64,000 nt of DNA from an uncultured Actinomycetota bacterium (GCA_963764435.1 CAVXSL010000012.1:73079-137078); one strand, 5' to 3'. Numbered from the stretch's first letter, positions 24,500-34,135 are shown. Numbers and translations are program-made. The notes: generated by a model from the letters alone, not told the origin.

Positions 24500-25822
24500 G
24501 TGACCTCTGACGGCGTCCCCCGGCGGACCGGCAACAACCTCGACCCCTGGTACGCGAACTACGCCGAGCGAGCTGCCGGCCTCGCGGCATCCGAGGTCCG
24601 GGCGCTCTTCGCCGTCGCCTCCCGGCCCGAGGTGGTCTCCCTCGCCGGTGGGATGCCGTTCGTGTCGGCGCTCCCGCAGGAGCTCATCGTCTCGTCGATG
24701 GAGCGAGTCATGCGCACGCAAGGCCCGACCGCGCTCCAGTACGGCTCCGGTCAGGGCATTCCCGCGCTTCGGGAACACATCCTCGACGTGATGTCGCTCG
24801 AGGGCATTCGCGGTTCGGTCGACGACGTCGTGACTGCGACGGGCTCGCAGCAGGCACTCGACCTCGTGGCCAAGTTGTTCATCGACCCGGGCGACGTGAT
24901 CCTCGCCGAGTCGCCGAGTTACGTCGGAGCGCTCGGCGTGTTCCGCTCATACCAGGCGAGCGTCGTGCATGTCGCGATGGACGCGGACGGCATCATCCCG
25001 GAGGCGCTGCGGCAGACGATCGCGCACCTGCGTGGTCAGAGCCGGCGCATCAAGTTCCTCTACACGATCCCGAACTTCCACAACCCGGCCGGTGTGACCC
25101 TCTCGGCGTCTCGGCGACCCGAGATCCTCGAGATCTGCCGCGCCAACGAGATCCTCGTGCTCGAGGACAACCCGTACGGGTTGCTGCACTTCGACGAGCC
25201 TGCACCGAACGCCCTGCGCTCACTCGACGAGGAGAGCGTGATCTACCTCGGGTCCTTCTCGAAGACGCTCGCTCCCGGCTTCCGCGTCGGATGGGCGCTC
25301 GCACCGCATGCCGTCCGCGAGAAGCTCATCCTCGCCGCCGAGTCAGCGATCCTCTCGCCCAGCTCGTTCAGCCAGCTCGTCGTCGCTGAGTACCTCTCCA
25401 GCACCGACTGGCGTGCCCAGATCGACATCTTCCGCGGCGTCTACCGGGAGCGCAAGGAGGCCATGATCGAAGCTCTGGGCGAGTACCTGCCGCAACTCGG
25501 TTGGACGAACCCGAACGGCGGCTTCTACGTGTGGGTCACCCTGCCCGACGTGCTGGATTCCAAGCAGATGCTGCCGCGTGCGGTGAAGGAACTCGTGGCC
25601 TACACGCCCGGAACCGCATTCTTCGCCGATGGCCGCGGCCGACACGCGATGCGCCTCTCGTTCTGCTACCCGACCCCCGACGCGATCCGCGTCGGCATCC
25701 GTCGCCTCGCCACCGTCGTCAACGGCGAACTCGACCTGCTCGACACGTTCGCCGGCACCGGCCCGCTGCAGCTCCCGCCGAGCGCCGACTTCGACTCCGC
25801 CCCGCCATCCGACCTCAAGTAG
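24500..25822 (+). CDS. PLP-dependent aminotransferase (class I/II, 2-aminoadipate/LysN-like)
   Basis: 440 aa. GMPF...Y..GQGIPALRE; PLP-lysine motif GSFSKTLAPGFRVGW. Confidence 0.8.
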   Translation: MTSDGVPRRTGNNLDPWYANYAERAAGLAASEVRALFAVASRPEVVSLAGGMPFVSALPQELIVSSMERVMRTQGPTALQYGSGQGIPALREHILDVMSLEGIRGSVDDVVTATGSQQALDLVAKLFIDPGDVILAESPSYVGALGVFRSYQASVVHVAMDADGIIPEALRQTIAHLRGQSRRIKFLYTIPNFHNPAGVTLSASRRPEILEICRANEILVLEDNPYGLLHFDEPAPNALRSLDEESVIYLGSFSKTLAPGFRVGWALAPHAVREKLILAAESAILSPSSFSQLVVAEYLSSTDWRAQIDIFRGVYRERKEAMIEALGEYLPQLGWTNPNGGFYVWVTLPDVLDSKQMLPRAVKELVAYTPGTAFFADGRGRHAMRLSFCYPTPDAIRVGIRRLATVVNGELDLLDTFAGTGPLQLPPSADFDSAPPSDLK

Positions 25823-25839
25823 TGGAGAAACCCCTGATC

Positions 25840-26800
25840 ATGAGCGATTCACGCGGTCTGTACGTCGTCGTGCTGGCGGGCGGCATCTCACATGAGCGGG
25901 ATGTCTCGCTCCGCTCAGGCCGGCGAGTCGCCGATGCGCTCGCGGCCGCCGGTCACCGGGTGGTGCTGCGCGACCCCGACGCCGGACTCCTGCCGTTCCT
26001 CGCGGCCGAGCGTCCCGATGTCGTGTTTCCGGCGCTGCATGGATCGAGCGGCGAGGACGGGTCGCTCTTGGACCTCCTGCGCGCACTCGGCGTTCCCGTC
26101 GTCGGGTCGACCGCTGCGGCTGCCCGACGAGCCTGGTCGAAGCCGGTCGCGACGTCGCTGGCCGCAGACGCCGGACTCTCGGTACCCGAGTCGATCGTGT
26201 TGTCGCATGAGGCGTTCCGGGAGCTCGGCGCGGCCAGCGTGCTGCGTGTCGTGCGGGACGCACTGGAGGGCGATCTCGTCGTGAAGCCCGGCTCCGGCGG
26301 ATCCGCGCAGGGCGTGACGATCGTGGTAGACACGAACGACCTGCCTCGCGCCATGGTGGAGGCGTTCACGTACGACGATGTCGCCGTCGTCGAGCGACGC
26401 ATCGTCGGGACCGAGATCGCCGTCACCATCGTCGACACCGGCGACGGCCCCCGTGCGCTGGTGCCCGTGGAGATCGAACCGGCGGCCGGCGTCTACGGAT
26501 TCGAGGCCCGTTACAACGCGGGTGAGACCGACGTTCTACGCTCCGTCGCGTCTCAGCGACGAGACCATCGCCGTCGTTGTGGATGCCGCGGTGCGGGCGC
26601 ACCGCGCGATCGGCCTTCGCGATCTCTCGCGGGTCGACTTCATCGTCGACGCCGACGGCACGCCCTGGTTCCTCGAGGCCAACGTGATCCCCGGCCTGAC
26701 CGAGACGTCGCTGGTCCCGCTTGCGATCGAGGCGTCGGGGACGGATGCCGCGGCCGTGTACAGCGGGCTCGTGCACGTGGCCGCATCGCGCACGTACTGA
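25840..26800 (+). pseudogene. ddl: D-alanine--D-alanine ligase, one extra base at 26530 as sequenced
   Basis: ATG 25840. VVLAGGISHERDVSLRSG...FPALHGSSGEDGSLLDLL...ARYNAGET in the frame of ORF 25501... Continues TFYAPSRLSDET...RVDFIVDADGTPWFLEANVIPGLTETS in ORF 26378..26800. Confidence 0.75.
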
Positions 26801-26883
26801 CGATCCGTCCCTGTCGGCGGGAGAGCTCGTTGTGAGTGGCGTCTGCGCCGCGCATGGGAGTGAGCCACGGGCCGCCGCGTCGG

Positions 26884-27867
26884 TCAGACGCCTTCGAGCT
26901 CCTCGCCGAGGTCGGTCAGTATCCTGCGGAGATCCTGCACGGTGGCGAAATCGATGTTGATCTGACCTTTTCGAGCACCGAGCGCGATGCGGACCCGGGT
27001 GTTGAGACGGTCTCCCAGACGGGTTGCGAGGTCGTCGAGGAATTCCTGGCGTCTGCCCGGGGCGGGCTTGGCCCGCGACTGCTTCGGGGCGCTCGTTGCG
27101 ACGGCCTCCGCGGCTCGAACCGACAGGTCCTCGTTCACGATCTTGTCCGCGAAGCGCTGCATCTCCTCGGGGTCATCGCCGATGGAGAGGATCGCCCGCG
27201 CATGACCGGCACTCAGGACGCCCGCAGCGACGCGGAGCTGCACCGTCTCGGGCAGCTTCAGCAATCGAAGGGTGTTGGAGATCTGTGGGCGCGAACGGCC
27301 GATACGACTGGCGAGTTGCTCCTGTGTGATCCCGAAGTCTGCGAGGAGCTGCTGATACGCGGAGGCCTCTTCAAGCGGGTTGAGTTGAGTGCGGTGCAGG
27401 TTCTCGAGCAGCGCGTCGCGCAGCATTGCATCGTCGGCGGTATCCTTCACGACCGCCGGGATGGAGTCGAGGCCGGCCGCCTTGGTGGCACGCAGGCGGC
27501 GCTCGCCCATGACGAGCTCGTACTTGCCCGTCTCGACAGGGTGTGGACGCACGACGATGGGCTGCAACACGCCGAACTCACGGATACTGTGGACGAGTTC
27601 TCCGAGGTCTTCGGGATCGAACACCGTGCGCGGCTGCTGCGCGTTCGGCAGGATGTCGTCGGGATTCAGGTGCGCGAGGCGCGCTCCGGGGACCGTCATC
27701 AACCCTTCGGCCGCGGCGGCCTGCTCCACCGCGGCCATCGCTGTCGCAGGAGTCGATTCCACGTCAGGGAAGAAGACGTCCACCGGACGGTTTGCGCGGC
27801 TGAGGTCGTCAGCCGTGGGAATGAGGGCGCCGATTCCACGGCCGAGGCCCGTTCGTTTGGTTGCCAT
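26884..27867 (-). CDS. parB: Chromosome partitioning protein ParB
   Basis: GERRLRA box, HTH QEQLASRIGRSRPQISNTLRLL; 327 aa. Its start overlaps the parA stop. Confidence 0.95.
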   Translation of the reverse strand: MATKRTGLGRGIGALIPTADDLSRANRPVDVFFPDVESTPATAMAAVEQAAAAEGLMTVPGARLAHLNPDDILPNAQQPRTVFDPEDLGELVHSIREFGVLQPIVVRPHPVETGKYELVMGERRLRATKAAGLDSIPAVVKDTADDAMLRDALLENLHRTQLNPLEEASAYQQLLADFGITQEQLASRIGRSRPQISNTLRLLKLPETVQLRVAAGVLSAGHARAILSIGDDPEEMQRFADKIVNEDLSVRAAEAVATSAPKQSRAKPAPGRRQEFLDDLATRLGDRLNTRVRIALGARKGQINIDFATVQDLRRILTDLGEELEGV

Positions 27868-28859
27868 CAGTGGGTGTCTTCCTGGTTCCTGGCGCCGCGC
27901 TTGGCGATCTCTGCAGCAGCTTCTCGGTAGGAGAGCGATCCGCTCGACCCGTAGTCATAGCTGATGACGCTCTGCCCGTAGCTCGGCGCCTCGGAGACTC
28001 GCACGGAGCGGGGGATGATCGTTCCGAGTGTCTGCGTCGGAAAGTGGTCACGGACCTCTTGTGCAACCTGCTGTGCGAGATTCGTTCGCGAGTCGTACAT
28101 CGTCAGCAGGATGGTCGAGAGTCGGAGATCGGGGTTCAGGTGCTTCTCGATGAGCTCGATGTTGCTGAGGAGCTGTGAGAGGCCCTCGAGCGCGTAGTAC
28201 TCGCACTGGATCGGGATCAACACCTCGCGCGCGGCAACGAACGCATTGATGGTCAGCAGACCGAGTGACGGCGGGCAGTCGATGAACACGTAGTCGTAGG
28301 GCCGCTCCAGGCCCGCGAGGTGAGTGTCGAGTGCACGCCGAAGGCGCTGTTCCCGTGCGACCAGGGAGACGAGTTCGATCTCCGCGCCAGCGAGGTGGAT
28401 GGTCGCGGGGACGCAGTCGAGACGCGGGTGCTCGGTGGACGGGTGCACGACCCCCTCAAGGGGTAGGTCTGCGACGAGCACGTCGTAGACGCTCTGCTGG
28501 TCCGATCGGTGGTCGACACCGAGGGCGGTGGAGGCGTTCCCCTGGGGGTCGAGATCGATGACCAGGACGTGCGCACCGTAGCGTGCGAGCGCCGCGGCGA
28601 GGTTCACTGCGGTCGTCGTCTTCCCAACGCCGCCCTTCTGGTTGGAGATCGTGATGATGCGGGTATTCGCCGGCAGTGGCAGCACCTGCTCCTCCAAGGC
28701 GAGGCGACGGCGCGTCTCGTCGACAAGTTGATCGGCCAGGGGAGTTCCTCCGTACTGGATGGCCGTTTCACGTGAAACGGACTCTGTAGGCGCGGTCGTG
28801 GTCTCAGGTGAAACCACCTCAGCGGTCGCAGGTGCGCCGATCGCTGATACGTCGGGCAT
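27867..28859 (-). CDS. parA: Chromosome partitioning ATPase ParA/Soj (start uncertain; the frame stays open upstream to 29573)
   Basis: Deviant Walker A NQKGGVGKTTTAVNLAA. ATG 28859 is the nearest ATG upstream. The coding 5' region contains a parS site (translated VSRET). Confidence 0.85.
   Translation of the reverse strand: MPDVSAIGAPATAEVVSPETTTAPTESVSRETAIQYGGTPLADQLVDETRRRLALEEQVLPLPANTRIITISNQKGGVGKTTTAVNLAAALARYGAHVLVIDLDPQGNASTALGVDHRSDQQSVYDVLVADLPLEGVVHPSTEHPRLDCVPATIHLAGAEIELVSLVAREQRLRRALDTHLAGLERPYDYVFIDCPPSLGLLTINAFVAAREVLIPIQCEYYALEGLSQLLSNIELIEKHLNPDLRLSTILLTMYDSRTNLAQQVAQEVRDHFPTQTLGTIIPRSVRVSEAPSYGQSVISYDYGSSGSLSYREAAAEIAKRGARNQEDTH
28765..28778. promoter_or_regulatory. parS site GTTTCACGTGAAAC (inside the parA 5' region)
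   Basis: Exact 14-nt palindromic core of the ParB-binding consensus tGTTNCACGTGAAACa. Confidence 0.85.
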
Positions 28860-29238
28860 CAGGCTCGCCCCAGCGTGCTCATCGTCCGATGGAATCTGCG
28901 TTGCCAGCGTACCGGGGGCCGCGCGCACCTGAGCAACTGCGGATGTCTCGCCCTCCGCTGCCACTCCGGTGCTCGGTGCAGTCGATGACTCGGGCTCGCT
29001 CGTCTGCGCGGCCTGCGATCCCGTCTCGCTCCACGGCGCCAGTGGCCCAGGCTCGCCCGACGGCGCACCCAGCGACCCGGCCTCTCTCGTCGGCGCATCC
29101 GGCGATCCTGCCGCGTTCCATTGCGAAGCCGGCGACCCGGGGCCGATCGTCGGCGTACCGGGCCCGCCCGCCGCACTCCACGGCAACCTGGGCGCCGACT
29201 CTTCATCGAAGTGCTCGAGAGCACCCCACGGCGCAGAC

Positions 29239-30423
29239 TCACCCGGGGTCCGAACGGTGGCATCGCTGATGTTCGATCCATTCGGAGGTCGCCGGATTCC
29301 TCGGCGGTTCACCGACTTCATCGATCTCGTCCTGTCGAGCGGACGTGACTCCCGATTCCCTCGACGAATCAGGCGTGGGAACTGGTGTGACGGTTGGCTG
29401 CGTCGGGGCGGGGGCCTGCGCAGGCTGTGTCGGTATGACCGAGTCGGCCGCGGCACCACCGACGATCTCGCGGATGAGTTCCTCGAGCAGTCGGTCGGGT
29501 GAGGTCGTGGTCGCGTGATGCGGCAGGCCGGCAGGCTCCGGTTCATCTGCGAACGCCGCGGCTGTTGCGACATCCCAATCGAATGCGGTCGCAGGGGCAG
29601 ACTCGGTCACGGGTACCTGTTGTGGTGACTGCGGAGTGAAGTCTGGGTTCGCTGACCACTCCGGCGTCGTCGGCGGCGACCCGGTGGAACCAGGAGACGG
29701 CGAGCCGACTCCGTCGACGAATGGCGTTGACGTCGGTGCGAACGCCTGCGGGACCGACGGTTCGACCTCACCGGACCAAGGCTCGGGAGAAGGCAGGGCA
29801 TCGTGGGTGCGAGCATCCCGCCGCCACTCGGCGTGGGCTTCCGGCGTGGCCGGGGAATTCGTCGAATGGTCCCGGGGAGCGGCGGATGCCCAACTGGCGT
29901 CGTTCGACGGTGCTGCTGCGGACGACGACGGGGCAACGATCGGGTGGCTCTGGCTGGAGTCCATTCTGATCGAGTCGTCGACCGGCGCGGCCCCCGTCTC
30001 CCGGCGTGAAACCTGCGACGCATCCCACGGAACCGCGCTGCTGTCGTCGGGCGCCATCGTGTCCGTCGGCGAAGCTCCGGAGTCGGCCAGCGACGCCGAG
30101 CCCGATGCCCGCAGGTCAGCGGACGACGCGTTGGAGGGTGGATTCGCCTGAGGAACCTCGTGGCTCCACGGCCGGAGCCGGTCGCCGTCCACGGCCGCAG
30201 CGTCGCGTGACTGGGCGTCTCCAGGAGAGCCCGAGTCGAACGAGCGAACCGCTCGGGCATGGGTCGTGCCGATGGTCTCTTCGGGCTCGGGTTCGCGTCG
30301 CTGTCGGTGGAACCATCCGCGACCTCCACCCTCCGCCATATCGACCGCTCCAACCCGTTGTACGTCCGCTCCTGACCCGGCGTGGCCTCGCGCGACTTGC
30401 GAGTCAAGCTTAACTGTCCCCAC
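29239..30423 (-). CDS. Acidic Ser/Pro/Ala/Thr-rich low-complexity protein with recurring Trp motifs; possibly the N-terminal part of a frameshifted long ParA
   Basis: 394-aa ORF. Third-position GC is highest in this frame in three hand-checked 20-codon samples (60%, 80%, 80%). Motifs RPWS, VPWD, EPWS, PEWS, FDWD, SEW. One helix-like patch SPDRLLEELIREIVGG. Confidence 0.45.
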   Translation of the reverse strand: MGTVKLDSQVARGHAGSGADVQRVGAVDMAEGGGRGWFHRQRREPEPEETIGTTHARAVRSFDSGSPGDAQSRDAAAVDGDRLRPWSHEVPQANPPSNASSADLRASGSASLADSGASPTDTMAPDDSSAVPWDASQVSRRETGAAPVDDSIRMDSSQSHPIVAPSSSAAAPSNDASWASAAPRDHSTNSPATPEAHAEWRRDARTHDALPSPEPWSGEVEPSVPQAFAPTSTPFVDGVGSPSPGSTGSPPTTPEWSANPDFTPQSPQQVPVTESAPATAFDWDVATAAAFADEPEPAGLPHHATTTSPDRLLEELIREIVGGAAADSVIPTQPAQAPAPTQPTVTPVPTPDSSRESGVTSARQDEIDEVGEPPRNPATSEWIEHQRCHRSDPG

Positions 30424-30770
30424 CCGAGTCCCCGGGCCGACGTTCGGAAGACCGCGAGGTTTTCGCGATCTTCCCGCGACTCATCGTTGGATCGTTGTGC
30501 AAACGGGTGCGGCCCGGCCACGTGGGCGGCTCATCGTCGATCGGTACCGGTGAGGATCTCGGTCACGACCGGATCCCGGTGGTACAGCTCAGCGAACTCG
30601 ACTCCGCGAGCAGGGCAGACTCAGAGCCGGCGTGGGCTGTCGTGGCTTGAGTTCTTCGACCCGTGGCCACTTGACCTTCGCTCGTCCGAGCCTCCCACTT
30701 CCACGTTGTACGACGAGGAGCAACGACGAGGAAAGTGTCCCGCCACGGACGGCTCGATGACCCTCGGGAT

Positions 30771-30784
30771 GTTTCACGTGAAAC
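30771..30784. promoter_or_regulatory. parS site (full 16-mer TGTTTCACGTGAAACA at 30770..30785)
   Basis: Exact consensus palindrome. Confidence 0.9.
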
Positions 30785-30901
30785 ATGTTCCGATCGATTC
30801 CCGCGGCGCCCGGCTCCTACCCTGCCTTCGGTCCCCCGCGAACGCTGCGGCCTCCATGTGCGGCTTCCGTCGCACGCTGGTCTGAGAGTGCCGCCGTAGC
30901 A

Positions 30902-30915
30902 GTTTCACGTGAAAC
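30902..30915. promoter_or_regulatory. parS site GTTTCACGTGAAAC
   Basis: Exact 14-nt core. Confidence 0.9.
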
Positions 30916-30967
30916 GCACGGCATTCGAGCACAGCACTCGAGCACGGCATTCGAGCACGGCATTCCC
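30916..30967. repeat. 13-bp tandem repeat x4 (GCACGGCATTCGA) directly abutting a parS site
   Basis: Units at 30916..28, 30929..41 (2 mismatches), 30942..54 and 30955..67 (end diverged). Confidence 0.8.
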
Positions 30968-31082
30968 TGTGAGGCCCGCCGCGGCCATCCCAAGCTCGAG
31001 GCATTCCCCACGCGGAACGCATGATCGTATCGACACCGCTGGATCGCGCGGCTGCGGGCGCAGGTTCAGGGGCCGCGTGGTG

Positions 31083-31096
31083 GTTTCACGTGAAAC
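31083..31096. promoter_or_regulatory. parS site GTTTCACGTGAAAC
   Basis: Exact 14-nt core. Confidence 0.9.
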
Positions 31097-31166
31097 GCGT
31101 GATCCGCGTCGGCGCCGCCATGGACCGCATGGACCTGGGCGCCAGGCGGACCATGGCGGCCGGGTG

Positions 31167-31180
31167 GTTCCACGTGAAAC
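31167..31180. promoter_or_regulatory. parS site GTTCCACGTGAAAC
   Basis: Matches the consensus with C at the N position. Confidence 0.85.
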
Positions 31181-31248
31181 CCATCGCCCTTGGTCGATCT
31201 TCACGAGGGGAGTCCGGGTGGGGCATGGGTCCGGGACTGTCCGCGGTT

Positions 31249-31262
31249 GTTTCACGTGAAAC
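31249..31262. promoter_or_regulatory. parS site GTTTCACGTGAAAC
   Basis: Exact 14-nt core. Confidence 0.9.
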
Positions 31263-31730
31263 GTGCGCGTCGCCGAGAAACGTCTCACAGGCCCGTAGCG
31301 CGCGGACGGGGCAGCCTGCGGCGAATGTGGCGGCGGCTCACCAGCTTTACGTTCGCTCAGGCACGAGCCGCGACGCTGTCGCCCAAAACTGCTGGCGATT
31401 CGAAGGCCAAGAGTCTGGCGTAATCAGCGGCGCTCCGACGCGGTGCGGGCAAAAGCCCTCGCCATGAGGGCAGCAGACCCTGCGCTCTGACTGGGCGACG
31501 TATCGACGTGCAGCGCATTGGCATGCGGCCGCTGTTGGCGACGCTTGGGAAACTGGTCACTTTCGGCCGCTCGAAAAGGGAACGCTTGCGGGCAGACTAG
31601 CCAGCGGTCTCCTCGGTGGTGGTGCGGATGCTGGGGCGGCTGTCGATGCTGCGTCCGCATTCGCGTCGACACACACGCCGAGCACGGGTTTGCCACCGCA
31701 GCGCCAATCTGCACCGAGCGCTGTGTGGGC

Positions 31731-32574
31731 GTGGAGTACGAGTGCAGAGTGCCGCGACCGCCGCTGGACGGGCTGCTCGACGACCTCTACTACCTGAAGG
31801 GAGCGCCGCCGTAGGCCCGACTGACGCTGCCGCCGATGCCGTCGGCGCTGCTCATCGTCAACCTCGGGGCGCCGTTCCGCATCCGCGCCGGCACCGACAT
31901 CGAGACCGCCGAGTACGCCGACGGCTGCGTGGTCACCATGCCCACCCGCGCGTTGGAGTTCGGCTATCCACTCCGGACCCGGTCCGTCGGCGTGCACTTC
32001 AATCCGTGGGGGCTGGCGCCGTTCCTGCCGATGCCCGCGGCCGAGCTGTGTGACCGGCCGGTGACGGTAGAGCAGGTTTGGGGCCGGCCCGCCATTTGCT
32101 GAGCGCTCCGGGACCGGCTGGCCACGGCGGACGGACCGCACGAGATGATGACGCTGCTCGAGGAGGAGCTGACGCGACGGCTGTGCGAGACCGTCGGCCT
32201 GAGGCTGGTCTGCCATACGAGCAGCGTCATCGCGGCGACCACTGGGGCGGTGGCGATCGGCGACCTGAGCGTGGCAGCCGGTGTCAGCAGCACTCATCTC
32301 GCACAGTGGTTCAAGGAGCTCATCGGCGTCACGCCGAAGCGGCTGGCCCGCACCTCCCGCTTCGCCCCACAGTGTTCGAACGATCAACCCCGCCGGACCG
32401 GTCGACTGGGGCGACCTCCCCGCGGCGCAGGCTACTTAGACCAAGCCCACTTCGGGCAACGAGTTCCGGGCGTTCACCGGGCTCACGGCGACCCGGTACG
32501 TCGAAGTCCGGCGGCGGTTCCTGCGCGAACATCCAGGCCACGCGCTGGACGGGTGGCCACTGCCAGCCGATTGA
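31731..32574 (+). pseudogene. AraC-family transcriptional regulator, decayed (2 in-frame stops and at least 3 frameshifts)
   Basis: Reconstructed as VEYECRVPRPPLDGLLDDLYYLKGAPP*ARLTLPPMPSALLIVNLGAPFRIR...VWGRPAIC*ALRDRL...HLAQWFKELIGVTPKRLARTSRF / SVRTINPAGPVDWGDLPAAQ / GYLDQAHF / GNEFRAFTGLTATRYVEVRRRFL. TAG at 31812..31814 and TGA at 32100..32102. Confidence 0.8.
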
Positions 32575-32641
32575 CTTCTTACAGGAGCGACAGCTCACGA
32601 CACGCTAAACTTGCGAGCGCCCCAAAGCAGAGGAGAGCCCC

Positions 32642-33232
32642 GTGGGCAAGGTGGTCATGTACGCCTCGGTGTCGGTGGACGGCTTCGTCGCGGACGAGCA
32701 CGACGAGCCCGGACCGCTGTTCGACTGGTTGACCAGCGGTGACGTCCCGTTGGACGAGAGCGGCGTGTTGAAGGTGTCGCAGACGTCCTACGACTACACC
32801 CGGTCGTACTGGGACCAGATCGGGGTGACAATCGCCGGCCGCCACGTCTTCGACCTGACGGACGGCTGGGACGGGAAGCCTCCGAGCGGGGTCGACCACG
32901 TGGTCGTCGTGACGCACCGGCCGCAGCCCGAGGGCTGGGACCCCGAGGCGCCGTTTCACTTCGTCGACGGCGTCGAGGCAGCCATGGCCAAGGCGCAGGA
33001 GCTTGCGGGTGACCGCATCGTCGAGGTCGCCGCCGGCGACGTCGGTGGCCAGATGCTTGCCGCGGGCATGGTCGACGAGGTGCGCATGGACGTCGTACCC
33101 GTCGTGTTCGGGTCCGGCAAGCGCTACTTCGGGTCGGTCCACGCGCAGCACCTGTTGGAGGAACCCGACGTGGTGATTCAGGGCAACCGGGTGCTTCACC
33201 TGCGCTATCGGGTGCGCCCTGAACCGATCTGA
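32642..33232 (+). CDS. Dihydrofolate reductase-family protein (RibD C-terminal domain type)
   Basis: GTG 32642. MYASVSVDGFVAD...VTIAGRHVFD...pattern; 196 aa, intact. Confidence 0.75.
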   Translation: MGKVVMYASVSVDGFVADEHDEPGPLFDWLTSGDVPLDESGVLKVSQTSYDYTRSYWDQIGVTIAGRHVFDLTDGWDGKPPSGVDHVVVVTHRPQPEGWDPEAPFHFVDGVEAAMAKAQELAGDRIVEVAAGDVGGQMLAAGMVDEVRMDVVPVVFGSGKRYFGSVHAQHLLEEPDVVIQGNRVLHLRYRVRPEPI

Positions 33233-34135
33233 GCGGGTACGCGAAGAAGTCCACTGCGAACGGTGACACAAGATCGGGCTTCCGGCCGCGTTTGCGCATC
33301 GCTGCCCCGGGATCGACGCGCCAGCGAACATCCAGCCAGCGATTACACCCTCAACCGTGAAGAGCCCGTAACACCTCCGTGTCGGCGGAGCACGCTGGCA
33401 CGCTTCGGGCGGCACTTCATCCGACGCGCCGTGGCCGCGACGTGAGGTCGAATCGCTCGACCCGCCGGAAGACGTCGGCGCCAGCCTCGCCGACCCGCGC
33501 GAGCTCGCCGAACTCGAGGGAGCAGCGAACCGCACCGGCTGCTTCGAATCCATCGGGTACCCGGCCTGGCACCGGAATCGACGAGTCGGCGATCAGCTCT
33601 TCCATGTTTCGGAAGCAGCCAAGTCGGCTCCGACCGGCAGTCGAAGGCCTCATGGAGTTCGGCCACGGGAGCGGCGCGGGTTCTCTCGGGGAGCGGGCGC
33701 GTTCTGCGCACAACCGCTCGCCGAAAGCGCGGCAATGGCCGCCGCGGCCGCCGAGCCCAGACCACGGCGTCTGGCGGGTGCGGCCGTCACGCTCGTTATC
33801 CCCGTATCCATTCCGAGGCTTCCCGAGGTTCCCCTCGCTCTCTCAGACGAGCAGGCATGCGGAAACGTCGGGGTCGGCGTCGGCGGCACACGGTGCCGTC
33901 ATGGCATGCCCGACCATGAGCGTGGGCCGCGCATTTGCGCCGAGGCTCCCGCGGCATGGCGCACCTGACGTACCGAGCACCACGCTGCAGCGGATGGCGC
34001 TTGTCTCATCTCGCGGCGAATGCGGCGCCACTTGACATCGTGGAAGCAACCCCGCTGGACGGGCATTCCGCTCACTTTCGAAGAGTGAGTCACGTCTCCA
34101 GGGACCGGGGACGCCGCACACGAAGGGTGCCGTCG

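Noticed and set aside
28860-29573. Taking ATG 29573 as the ParA start (568-aa ParA)
   Set aside because: The first 100 or so codons of that frame (MSQQPRRSQMNRSLPACRITRPRP...) look like out-of-frame sequence. The overlapping ORF 29239..30423 is the sensible frame there. The true start is unresolved.
29998-30011. GTTTCACGCCGGGA on the minus strand, a possible ninth parS
   Set aside because: Only the left half-site is conserved and the right arm is lost.
30771-31262. Repeated GTTTCACGTGAAAC units that might be read as a CRISPR array
   Set aside because: The repeat is a 14-16-bp perfect palindrome identical to the ParB parS consensus. The spacing is irregular (82-181 bp) and there are no cas genes. 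ORFs crossing these sites (VSRET / FHVKH peptides) are artefacts of the palindrome.
33240-34135. ORFs 33379..34035(+), 33343..33765(-), 33417..33713(-) and 33843..34139(-) as genes
   Set aside because: They overlap one another and have no recognisable motifs. At best they contain short plausible fragments (for example NMEELIADSSIPVPGRVPDGFEAAG). I treat the region as unassigned or relic DNA.
31290-34135. Calling the rsmG-parA insert a mobile element or genomic island
   Set aside because: No transposase, integrase, recombinase, terminal inverted or direct repeats, or tRNA attachment site is visible. Only the synteny break and gene decay can be stated.
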